Below, piece after piece: positions 48,533 to 57,283 of a stretch of DNA of 64,000 nucleotides. The notes beneath the pieces were generated by a model. That model made no database searches. It saw nothing but the letters and a program-made list of their open reading frames with translations, and had not been told where the DNA came from. The stretch lies in contig CAWANH010000028.1 of the NCBI GenBank assembly GCA_963783375.1, forward strand, positions 1,152,001-1,216,000, read 5' to 3'. A program made the position numbers and the translations under genes. Source of the stretch: Candidatus Eiseniibacteriota bacterium. Lineage in GTDB: Bacteria > Eisenbacteria > RBG-16-71-46 > JABDJR01. Within the stretch, counting starts at the first letter, position 1; each line of letters begins with the position of its first letter.

Positions 48533-48690
48533 TCCCCCCGGGCCTACGGGCGGCCATTGCTTGACTTGAGCCCGGTAATTCCGTATGGATATCGGCGGCG
48601 AGCCGCTTCCCCCCGGGGAGCGGCTCGCCCTTGTTGGCCGGAGGAGCATCCGGCGGATCGCTCCAATCCACCTATCCCGGGAGGTGTCTC

Positions 48691-48963
48691 GTGCCCCACT
48701 TCCAGGCGCCCGGAGCGCCGAGACTCCCTTTGCTGAAGAATCTCCTGACCTGGTCCGGGGTCCTCCTGGCCCTGGCGTCGTTCGTGTTCCTCACCGCCTG
48801 TCCAAGGAACCCGGATGACAAGCCCCAGGAAGGGGACACCGTACACTCCGCCCTTCCCGAAACGGTTCCTTTCGCGGGGCCGGACTTCGCCTTGGCTCCC
48901 GACCTTCAGGGGATGCCGTCCGCGTCGCCGGTCGGTTTCCACGACGGTTCGGATGTGCTTTGA
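48691..48963 (+). CDS. Small hypothetical lipoprotein
   Basis: GGGAGG RBS before GTG 48691; hydrophobic stretch ending FLTAC. Confidence 0.4.
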   Translation: MPHFQAPGAPRLPLLKNLLTWSGVLLALASFVFLTACPRNPDDKPQEGDTVHSALPETVPFAGPDFALAPDLQGMPSASPVGFHDGSDVL

Positions 48964-49012
48964 TGGATGAAGAGGTCGATCGGAGCCGTCGGATCCAAGT
49001 GTGGAGGTCATC

Positions 49013-49315
49013 ATGAAAGTCATCGCCGATCTCAGCGTGGTTCCCCTGGGGGTCGGGGTATCGGTCTCCCGGTACGTGGCCGCGTGTGAGAAGGTGCTTC
49101 GGGAGGCGGGCCTCTCCGCGCAGCTCCACGCCTACGGCACCAACATCGAGGGGGAGTGGGACGAGGTCATGGCGGCGGTCAAGCGATGCCACGAGGTGCT
49201 CCACGAGATGGGCGCGCCGCGGGTCTCCTCCAACATGCGCTTCGGGACCCGCACCGACCGCGACCAGTCGATGGCCGACAAGGTGCGGAGCGTGGAGCGG
49301 AGACTCGAGACCTGA
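49013..49315 (+). CDS. MTH1187/YkoF family thiamine-binding protein
   Basis: VVPLG..SVSRYVA, HAYGTNIEGEWDEV, HEMGAPRV and RTDR. Confidence 0.9.
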   Translation: MKVIADLSVVPLGVGVSVSRYVAACEKVLREAGLSAQLHAYGTNIEGEWDEVMAAVKRCHEVLHEMGAPRVSSNMRFGTRTDRDQSMADKVRSVERRLET

Positions 49316-49323
49316 GCCCCGGC

Positions 49324-50094
49324 GTGCGCGTTCTCCACCTTTCCCTCGATCTCTTCGTGGATCCCCATCCCCCGTGGGCGGGGGAGGATGCGCGGCTCCC
49401 CGAACCGGAATTCCGGGTGCGCCCCCCCGAAGCGGTTCGCCGTTTCCTGGAGGTGGGATGCGGATTGCTCCCGGGGACCCGGGGGGTGACCGGGTGCGTG
49501 GTGGAAGACCACCGGGGCCCGCTGGCCGCGCTCCGCGCCTGGGTGGACGCCGGAGAACTCACGGCCCCCTTCGATCTGGTCCACGCCGACGCCCATTCCT
49601 GCCTGGGGGGAGGCGACGAGGGGTGGCACTACGTTCTCGGCACCCTGATGCACCTCCCGATGGAGCAACGCGCCCGTCCCGATCCGCTCCGGATCACCCC
49701 CGAGAACTGGCTCCTCTTCGCGGCGGCCGCGGGCTGGATCCGCTCGTTGGACCTGGTGGTTCATCCCGCGTGGTCGCCCGACGTGCTCCCGGTGCTCTTC
49801 GAGAACCGTGATCCCCGAAGCGGCCGCCTCCGACTCGCGGCCTATGACCGGAACCTCCTCGCCCTGGCCTTCGAAATGCCGGGGCTGGAGTTTCCACCGG
49901 TGGTCTCGGAGGAGGAGCCGGTGCCCCTCCGGGTGGGGCGCCGGGACGAGGTGGAAGGGCTGGGTCCGTTCGATCGGGTGGTGGTGAGCCGGGCGCCGAG
50001 CTACACTCCGGCCGCGGCGGACGATCTGGCGGGAATGGTGGGGGAGTACCTGGCGAACGACGATCCGCACGACCGGCCCGGGACACTCCGGTGA
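49324..50094 (+). CDS. UPF0489-like (arginase/deacetylase-fold) protein
   Basis: LSLDLF, DH, VHADAHSCLG, ENW and SPxY-like (APSY) motifs. Confidence 0.6.
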   Translation: MRVLHLSLDLFVDPHPPWAGEDARLPEPEFRVRPPEAVRRFLEVGCGLLPGTRGVTGCVVEDHRGPLAALRAWVDAGELTAPFDLVHADAHSCLGGGDEGWHYVLGTLMHLPMEQRARPDPLRITPENWLLFAAAAGWIRSLDLVVHPAWSPDVLPVLFENRDPRSGRLRLAAYDRNLLALAFEMPGLEFPPVVSEEEPVPLRVGRRDEVEGLGPFDRVVVSRAPSYTPAAADDLAGMVGEYLANDDPHDRPGTLR

Positions 50095-50110
50095 ACGAGG
50101 AGGATGAACC

Positions 50111-50854
50111 ATGATGACCCATGCCGTCCGTCTGACCTTCCTCGCCCTGCTCGGCGGCGCCCTCCTCGGCCTCGCCGGGTGCGGCACGCCCGATTCGTCC
50201 AAGGATAAGGATACCGTCCCGGTGGCCGGGGCGGAGGGCTCGGCCTGGCGGCAGGAGTTCACCCTCACCGGACGCACCCTGGTTTCCACCGGCCGGAACC
50301 CCTACTTCGTGCTCGAGCCGGGTTTCCAGCTCGAGCTTCGGGGCGAGGACGGCAAGCTGGTCGTCACCGTCCTGGATGAGACCGAGACCATCGGCGGCAT
50401 CCGGACGCGGGTGGTCGAGGAGCGGGAGTGGCGGGGCGGAGAGTTGATCGAGGTGTCCCGGAACTTCTTCGCCATGGACGGGAACACCAAGGACGTCTTC
50501 TATTTCGGGGAGAGCGTGGACACCTACGAGGACGGAACGATCACCGGCCACCCTGGGTCCTGGCGGGCGGGCGAGGCCGGCGCCCGGGCGGGGCTCATGA
50601 TGCCGGGCGTCCCCGAGGTGGGCTCGAAGGACTACCAGGAGGTCGCCCCCGGCGTGGCCATGGACCGGGCCGAGGTCGTGGGTCTCCACGAGACGTTCCA
50701 GACCCCCGCGGGCGCGTTCGACGACTGCCTGAAGACCCGGGAAGGAACCGCCCTGAACCCCAAGGAAGAGGAGTTCAAGCTCTACGCCCCGGGGATCGGC
50801 CTGATCCAGGACGAGGACCTGGTCCTCGTCCGGTACGGCTTCGGCAAGGAGTAG
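50111..50854 (+). CDS. Hypothetical lipoprotein
   Basis: GAGGAGG RBS; lipobox LAGC; NPYF.L.PG, FFAMD...VFYFGE, SWRAG and KLYAPGIG. Confidence 0.75.
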   Translation: MMTHAVRLTFLALLGGALLGLAGCGTPDSSKDKDTVPVAGAEGSAWRQEFTLTGRTLVSTGRNPYFVLEPGFQLELRGEDGKLVVTVLDETETIGGIRTRVVEEREWRGGELIEVSRNFFAMDGNTKDVFYFGESVDTYEDGTITGHPGSWRAGEAGARAGLMMPGVPEVGSKDYQEVAPGVAMDRAEVVGLHETFQTPAGAFDDCLKTREGTALNPKEEEFKLYAPGIGLIQDEDLVLVRYGFGKE

Positions 50855-50894
50855 GCTCGCCGTCGCGAGCGAACCCGGCTCCCGCGATCGGGGG

Positions 50895-52559
50895 CTAGAC
50901 CAGCGTCCCCTCGACCATCCTTCGCAGGGTATCCAGGTCCACCGCTCCCTCCCCCAGCACCGTGTCGTGGAAGCGTTTCACGTCGAAGCGCGGGCCGAGG
51001 CGCGCCGCAGCCTCGGCGCGGAGGCGGAGGATCTCCATCTGTCCCAGCTTGTAGCCCAGGGCCTGTCCCGGCCAGGCGATGTAGCGGTCCACCTCGTTCA
51101 CGATGTTGTTCTCGGCCAGAACGGTATTGGCGAGCATGAAGTCGATCGCCTGTCGCCTCGTCCAGCCCAGGGCATGCATCCCGGTATCCACCACCAGCCG
51201 GCAGGCGCGCCAGGAATCGAAGCTCACCATCCCGATCCGGTCCGCGTCCCCGGAGTAGAGCCCCATCTCGTCGGCCAGGCGCTCCACGTAGAGCGCCCAC
51301 CCCTCGATGTAGGCGGTCACCCCGCGGTGCCGCCGGAACTCCGGCAGCCCCGAGAGTTCCTGGGCGATCGCGATCTGGGTGTGGTGGCCGGGCACCGCCT
51401 CGTGGAAGGCCAGCGCCTCGGCCTCGTAGCGGGGACGGGTCTCCGGGGCGTAGGTGTTGATGTAGTACATCCCCGGCCGCGAGCCGTCGGGGGAGGGATG
51501 CTGGTAGTAGGCGATGGTGCTGTGCTTCTCCTCGTGGGGCTCCATGCGCACCACCTCGCAGGGGGCCTGGGGAGCGATCCCGAACCAGTCCGGCACCGCA
51601 GCCTCGGCCCGGCGGAGCGCTTCCTCCGCCTTGGCGAAGACCTCCTCCCGGCTCCCGAAGTGCATGGCGGGGTCCTCGCGGAGCCGCCGGTGAATCTCCT
51701 CCAGGTCCGAGGTCCCCAGTACCCTCTCCCCGAGCCCGCGAAGCTCGTCGTTCAGGCGCTCCACCTCGGCCCGGCCCCTCCGGTGGATCTCCTCCGGCGG
51801 CAGGTCGAGGGAGGTATGCACCTGGATCAGTCCGGGGTAGATCTCGGCCCCCCCCGCCACGTGCATGATTCCGGGGCGATCGTCGGACCGGGCCCGGGGC
51901 GCCACCGCCCCCCGCAGGAACCCGCGGAGGCGGAGGAGCGCGGGGCGAAGCCCTTCCGCCGCCGCCGCGGCCAGGTCCCGGCGGAACGCGTCTCGGTCCG
52001 GCTCCGGCCAGTCCTCCGGCACCGTCCGGAGCGGCGAGAGAACCGCCCAGTCCTCGATCGGCGTTCTCTCCAGGTCTTCGATCTGCTCGATCACCCGCTC
52101 CACCGCTTTCCGGGGCGCGGTCCGTCCCGCGTCGAGGCCCAAGCGGAGGTTCTCCACGTGTCGGTCCAGCCACGGCCCCATCGCCCGCCAGCGCGCGACC
52201 ATGGCCCGCCCGCCGGCCGGATCGGTCGGCTTCTGAAGCGCCGGGATGTTCATGAACTCGACCTGGGGACCGCCCATGGGGTCCACGTTCCAGGTCTCCA
52301 TTCCCGACCCGGCCTCGATGAGATCGCTCCCCACCAGGTGCCGGAGGGCGGTCCGGGTCACCCGGTCGGCGGGATCGAGGATCGCCGGGTCCACCATGTC
52401 CACCCGGGTCCGGAGGTCCCAGAGGCGGGCGACCTCCGCGGCGTAGGCGCTGGGCGTGTTGTCCCGGAGGAGATGGTCGTATCGGTGATCGCCGATCGAG
52501 GTCGCCTCGACGGGGTGCGTCTTGAGATAGGCTTCCCAGTACTCGTGGCTCAGTTCCAT
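50895..52559 (-). CDS. DUF885 family putative metallopeptidase
   Basis: HEAVPGHH, EGWALYVE, RLVVDTGMH, EVDRY...PGQALGYKLG; GGAGGAGG RBS. Confidence 0.92.
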   Translation of the reverse strand: MELSHEYWEAYLKTHPVEATSIGDHRYDHLLRDNTPSAYAAEVARLWDLRTRVDMVDPAILDPADRVTRTALRHLVGSDLIEAGSGMETWNVDPMGGPQVEFMNIPALQKPTDPAGGRAMVARWRAMGPWLDRHVENLRLGLDAGRTAPRKAVERVIEQIEDLERTPIEDWAVLSPLRTVPEDWPEPDRDAFRRDLAAAAAEGLRPALLRLRGFLRGAVAPRARSDDRPGIMHVAGGAEIYPGLIQVHTSLDLPPEEIHRRGRAEVERLNDELRGLGERVLGTSDLEEIHRRLREDPAMHFGSREEVFAKAEEALRRAEAAVPDWFGIAPQAPCEVVRMEPHEEKHSTIAYYQHPSPDGSRPGMYYINTYAPETRPRYEAEALAFHEAVPGHHTQIAIAQELSGLPEFRRHRGVTAYIEGWALYVERLADEMGLYSGDADRIGMVSFDSWRACRLVVDTGMHALGWTRRQAIDFMLANTVLAENNIVNEVDRYIAWPGQALGYKLGQMEILRLRAEAAARLGPRFDVKRFHDTVLGEGAVDLDTLRRMVEGTLV

Positions 52560-52844
52560 CGGTGCCTCCTCCAAGGGCGGAATTCGTCCACGCCCGGCGG
52601 CCCTGCCCGGGATGAACCCCACGCTTCCCTCGGTAACGCTACCCGGACCCCCTCATCACAGCTTAGCCAACCGGAGGGGGTTTGTCGCGAACCGCCTCCC
52701 GGGAAGGACGACTGGTGTGGTAGTCTCTGGGGCCTCAGATCCCGCCTCGACACCCCTCGATCCACATTGCGGTCGATCCCCGTGTTTCCCGGTGACGGTC
52801 CGATATTGCGCGCGCTCCGGGCGCGTTGTATGAGGATGAAATTC

Positions 52845-54161
52845 ATGCGTTTCCTTCGGTTCGGTTCCATCGGTTCCCCACCGCGCGGCCCTCTTTCCGC
52901 CGGCCGCCCCGGCGCGGCGCGGATCTCCCCGGCGGCCTCCGGCTCGGCCCCCCCGGCCCGAAGCCGGGTTGGGCGGACGCTTCGCCGGGGCCTCGGGTTG
53001 GGAAGCGCCCTGGTCCTGGGGGCGGCATTGGTCGCGCTTCCCGGCTGCGGCGCCAAGAAGGGGAACGGTGGGGCCCAGGCCCAGGGATCGGCGGCGGCCA
53101 AGAACCCGCAGGCCGCGAAGGCCGCCAAGGGTCCCCAGGGGAGGATGGGTCCGGGGGGCGCTCCCCCGGCCGGCCCCGCCATTCCGGTGGCGGTCGAGCC
53201 CGCCGTCCGAGGCCCCATCGCGAGCTACTACAGCACCACCGCCACCCTGGAACCCAACAAGGAGGCGGACATCCTGGCCCGGGTGTCCGGGGTGGTCACC
53301 TCGATCAAGGCGGAGGAGGGGGACGCGGTCCGGAAGGGGGACGACGTCCTGGTCATCCAGGACGACGAGTACCGCTACCGGCTGGCCCAGGCCGAGGCCG
53401 AGGTGGACAAGCAGCAGACCAAGTTCAACCGGCTCCAGAAGATGTTCGCGGGCAACCTGGTCTCCGCGGATGAGTTCGACACCGCCCGCACCGATTTCGA
53501 GGCGGCCAAGGCGGCCCGGGACCTGGCCAAGCTCGAACTCTCCTATACCCGGGTCGTCTCCCCCTTCCGGGGGCGGGTGACCCGGCGGCTGGTGGACCCC
53601 GGCCAGACCGTGTCCAACGGCACCCCGCTCTTCTCGATCGCGGACATGAGCCGCCTCCTGGCCAAGGTGCACGTCCCCTCCCGCGAGTTCGGAAAGATCC
53701 AGTCGGACCAGCCGGTTGAGCTGACCCTGGACTCCGACCGGAAGAAGCTCCAGGGGCAGATCTCCCTGGTGAGCCCGGTCATCGAGCCCTCCACCGGGAC
53801 GATCAAGGTCACGGTGGCGATCCCCGACTATCCCCAGGGCACCCGCCCCGGCGACTTCGCCGAGGTGCGGGTGGTGACCGAACGCCACCCCGACGCGGTC
53901 CTGGTGGACAAGGTCGCGGTGGTGACCGATCGGAGCGAGCAGGTGGTCTTCGTGGCCGCCGACACCACCGCGGAGCGTCGCGTGGTCGAGGTGGGCTTCA
54001 CCGACGACGAGCACGCGGAGATCCTCTCCGGGGTCGAGCCCGGGGAACGGGTGGTGGTCCAGGGCCAGCGCTCGCTGAAGCACGGCTCACCGCTCAAGAT
54101 CATGGACAAGATCAAGTACGACGCCCCCGAGGAGGCCACGGCGAGCGGGGCGGGTTCCTGA
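52845..54161 (+). CDS. RND efflux periplasmic adaptor (MFP); start uncertain
   Basis: ARVSGVV...EEGDAV.KG lipoyl motif, SPFRGRV, C-terminal GVEPGERVVV.G; LPGC lipobox. Confidence 0.9.
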   Translation: MRFLRFGSIGSPPRGPLSAGRPGAARISPAASGSAPPARSRVGRTLRRGLGLGSALVLGAALVALPGCGAKKGNGGAQAQGSAAAKNPQAAKAAKGPQGRMGPGGAPPAGPAIPVAVEPAVRGPIASYYSTTATLEPNKEADILARVSGVVTSIKAEEGDAVRKGDDVLVIQDDEYRYRLAQAEAEVDKQQTKFNRLQKMFAGNLVSADEFDTARTDFEAAKAARDLAKLELSYTRVVSPFRGRVTRRLVDPGQTVSNGTPLFSIADMSRLLAKVHVPSREFGKIQSDQPVELTLDSDRKKLQGQISLVSPVIEPSTGTIKVTVAIPDYPQGTRPGDFAEVRVVTERHPDAVLVDKVAVVTDRSEQVVFVAADTTAERRVVEVGFTDDEHAEILSGVEPGERVVVQGQRSLKHGSPLKIMDKIKYDAPEEATASGAGS

Positions 54162-57100
54162 TGCGCTCGTTCATCGCCCTGGCGGTGCGGCGGCGGGTGG
54201 CGGTGCTCATGACCGCCCTGGCCGTGGTGGCCTTCGGCGTCGTGGGCTACAACCGTCTCGCCCTCGATCTGCTCCCCGACATCAGCTATCCGTCCCTCAC
54301 CATCCAGACCGACTTCCCGGACACCGCTCCCGCCGAGGTCGAGAACCTGATCACCCGCCCGGTGGAAGAGGCGGTGGGGGTGGTGAAGGGGCTGAAAACC
54401 ATCCACTCGGTCTCCCGCTCCGGGGTGTCCGAGGTGACCCTGGAGTTCGAGTGGGGGTCGGACATGGACATGCTGTCCATGGACGTCCGGGACAAGCTGG
54501 ACCGGATCGTCCTCCCCCAGGAGGCCGATTCCCCCATCGTGATGCGGTTCGACCCCTCCCTGGACCCGGTCATGCGCCTGGCCTACAGCGGCTCCTCCGG
54601 GTTGGCCTCGCTCCGGCGGGTGGCGGACAAGACCATCAAGCAGGATCTGGAGACCATCAAGGGGGTGGCGGCGGCCGAGGTGAAAGGGGGGCTGGAGGAG
54701 GAGATCCAGGTCAACGTGATGCAGGACCGGCTGGCCGCCCTCGGCATCCCCCTGGACCGGGTGCGCGAGGTGGTCGGGGTCTCGAACGTCAACCTGCCCG
54801 GCGGCTCCCTGGAGGATCAGGACAGCCAGTACCTGATCCGCACCGTGAACGAGTACGACACGGTGGACGAGATCGGGGACCTGATCATCCGCCAGGACCA
54901 GCACGGCACCGTGCGGGTGAAGGACGTGGCCCAGGTGACCCGCGGGACCAAGGAGCGGACCGAGATCACCCGGGTGAACGGGACCGAGGCGGTGGAGATC
55001 GCCATCTACAAGGAGGGCGACGCCAACACCGTGACCACCGCCCGCGAGGTGCGAAAGCGCATGCAGGAGCTGGAGTCCAAGCTCCCCCCCGACCACCACC
55101 TGACCGTGCTCTTCGACCAGTCCCGGTTCATCGAGCGCGCGGTGGGCGAGGTGCGGAACGCGGCGCTTCTGGGCGGGCTCCTGGCCATCCTCGTCCTCTT
55201 CGCCTTCCTTCGCGACCTCCGGAGCACGCTCATCATCGGGATCTCGATCCCGCTCTCCCTGGTGGCCGCGTTCCTCTTCATGTACCGGCTGAACGTATCC
55301 CTCAACATCATGTCCCTGGGCGGGCTCACCCTGGGAGTCGGGATGCTGGTGGACAACTCCATCGTGGTCCTGGAGTCGATCCATCGTAAACGCAAGGAGG
55401 GGCTTCCCCGGTCCCGGGCCGCGGTGGAGGGAACCGCCGAGGTCGGGGGCGCGGTGATCGCATCCACCCTGACCACGGTGGCGGTGTTCCTCCCCATCGT
55501 GTTCGTGGAGGGGATCGCCGGACAGCTCTTCGGGGACATGGCGCTGACCGTGACCCTGAGTCTCCTGGCCTCGCTGGCGGTGGCCATCACCGTGATCCCC
55601 ATGCTGTCCGCGGCGGGCCGCGACCGGGGCGACTCCACGGGCCCCGCCCCGGTCTCCGCTTTCGACGAGTTCTCCCCCGACACCCTGGGCCGGTTCAGCC
55701 GTCTCTACGACCGGTTCATCCGTACCGCGCTCCGGCGCCGGTGGACGGTGATCGGCGTGGCCGCGGTGCTCTTCGCGGCCTCGGTGGGCGCGCTCCGGCT
55801 GGTCGGGACGGAGCTCATCCCCTCCATCAACGAGGGGGAGTTCTACTTCGAGGTGAACATGCCGGAGGGGACCCCCCTGGCCGCCACCGACCGGATCATG
55901 CAGGGGATGGAGAAGGGGGCGGCGGCCCAGCCCGGCATCGACCGCACCTACAGCTCGGTGGGGAGCCGGCTGGTGGCGGGGGGGATGTCCCTCAACACCG
56001 AGGCGGAGAACCTCGGGCAGATGAACGTGGTCATGAAGGACCGCGCCGACGAGCGGGCGGAAGCCCGGGTGACCGAGACCCTACGCCGGAGCTTCGAGGG
56101 GATCCCGGACCTGGTGGTGAAGACCGGGAAGCCGACCTACTTCAGCCTCAAGACTCCCGTGGAGGTGAACCTCTTCGGGGAAAACCTGGACGATCTCCGA
56201 AACTACTCCCTGGAGGTCCAGCAGAAGATGGAGGCGGTCCCCGGGCTGGTGGACGTCCGCTCCTCCCTGGAAGCGGGGAGCCCCGAGCTCCAGGTGGTCT
56301 TCGACCGGGCCCGTCTGGCCTCCCTGGGTCTCGACATGCGCACCCTCTCCCAGACCCTGCGGGACCGGATCCAGGGCGCGGTGCCCACCCGGTTCAAGGA
56401 GGAGGATCGCCAGATCGACATCCGGATCCGCAATCGCCAGCCCGACCGCGCCACCGCCCGGGACGTCGAGAACCTGGTGATTCCAGGTCCGGACGGCCAG
56501 CCGATCCGGCTCTTGACCGTGGCCGACGTGCATGTGGACCGGGGCCCGGCCGAGATCCACCGCCTCCAGCAGCAGCGGGCGGCCCTGGTGAGCGCGGACC
56601 TCCAGGGGCGGAGCCTCGGGTCCGCGGTCAAGGACGTGCGGGCGGTCCTGGCCGCCACCCCGCCCCCTCCGGGCGTCACCGCCGAGATGGGCGGGCAGAA
56701 CGAGGAGATGGAGACGTCCTTCCACAGCCTCCGCTTCGCCATGATCCTGGCCATCTTCCTGGTCTACCTGGTCATGGCCGCGACCTTCGAGTCCCTGATC
56801 CACCCCTTCATCGTGTTGTTCTCGATCCCCCTGGCCCTGGTGGGGGCGGTGTTCGGGCTCCTGGTGACCGGCACCGACCTGAGCGTGATCGTCCTCATCG
56901 GCGCGGTGATGCTGGTGGGGATCGTGGTCAACAACGCCATCGTGCTCATCGACAAGGTGAACCAGCTCCGCCGCGAAGGGATGGAGAAGGAGGAGGCGCT
57001 GATCCGGGCCGGGCACATCCGTCTCCGCCCGATTCTCATGACCACCCTGACCACGGTGCTCGGGCTCCTCCCCATGGCGCTCTCGGTGGGGGAGGGAGCG

Positions 57101-57283
57101 GAGCTCCGGGCGCCCCTGGCCATCACCGTCTCCTTCGGCCTCACCTTCAGCACCTTTCTCACCCTGGTGGTGATTCCCGCGGTCTACATGGTGGTGCCGT
57201 CGCGGGTGACCGCGGAAGCGGAGGAGCGCGACCCCGTGGGCCTCGGTCGGGAGGAGACCGCTCCCGGAGGTGCCTCGTCATGA
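54161..57283 (+). CDS. RND (AcrB/AcrD/AcrF family) permease subunit 1
   Basis: 1040 aa; GMLVDNSIVVLE, GIVVNNAIVL and RLRPILMT. Confidence 0.95.
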   Translation: MRSFIALAVRRRVAVLMTALAVVAFGVVGYNRLALDLLPDISYPSLTIQTDFPDTAPAEVENLITRPVEEAVGVVKGLKTIHSVSRSGVSEVTLEFEWGSDMDMLSMDVRDKLDRIVLPQEADSPIVMRFDPSLDPVMRLAYSGSSGLASLRRVADKTIKQDLETIKGVAAAEVKGGLEEEIQVNVMQDRLAALGIPLDRVREVVGVSNVNLPGGSLEDQDSQYLIRTVNEYDTVDEIGDLIIRQDQHGTVRVKDVAQVTRGTKERTEITRVNGTEAVEIAIYKEGDANTVTTAREVRKRMQELESKLPPDHHLTVLFDQSRFIERAVGEVRNAALLGGLLAILVLFAFLRDLRSTLIIGISIPLSLVAAFLFMYRLNVSLNIMSLGGLTLGVGMLVDNSIVVLESIHRKRKEGLPRSRAAVEGTAEVGGAVIASTLTTVAVFLPIVFVEGIAGQLFGDMALTVTLSLLASLAVAITVIPMLSAAGRDRGDSTGPAPVSAFDEFSPDTLGRFSRLYDRFIRTALRRRWTVIGVAAVLFAASVGALRLVGTELIPSINEGEFYFEVNMPEGTPLAATDRIMQGMEKGAAAQPGIDRTYSSVGSRLVAGGMSLNTEAENLGQMNVVMKDRADERAEARVTETLRRSFEGIPDLVVKTGKPTYFSLKTPVEVNLFGENLDDLRNYSLEVQQKMEAVPGLVDVRSSLEAGSPELQVVFDRARLASLGLDMRTLSQTLRDRIQGAVPTRFKEEDRQIDIRIRNRQPDRATARDVENLVIPGPDGQPIRLLTVADVHVDRGPAEIHRLQQQRAALVSADLQGRSLGSAVKDVRAVLAATPPPPGVTAEMGGQNEEMETSFHSLRFAMILAIFLVYLVMAATFESLIHPFIVLFSIPLALVGAVFGLLVTGTDLSVIVLIGAVMLVGIVVNNAIVLIDKVNQLRREGMEKEEALIRAGHIRLRPILMTTLTTVLGLLPMALSVGEGAELRAPLAITVSFGLTFSTFLTLVVIPAVYMVVPSRVTAEAEERDPVGLGREETAPGGASS

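Noticed and set aside
50967-52844. N-terminal 600+ aa of the 1064-aa ORF as part of the MFP
   Set aside because: It is mostly the antisense shadow of DUF885; the MFP plausibly starts at 52830-52845 or later.
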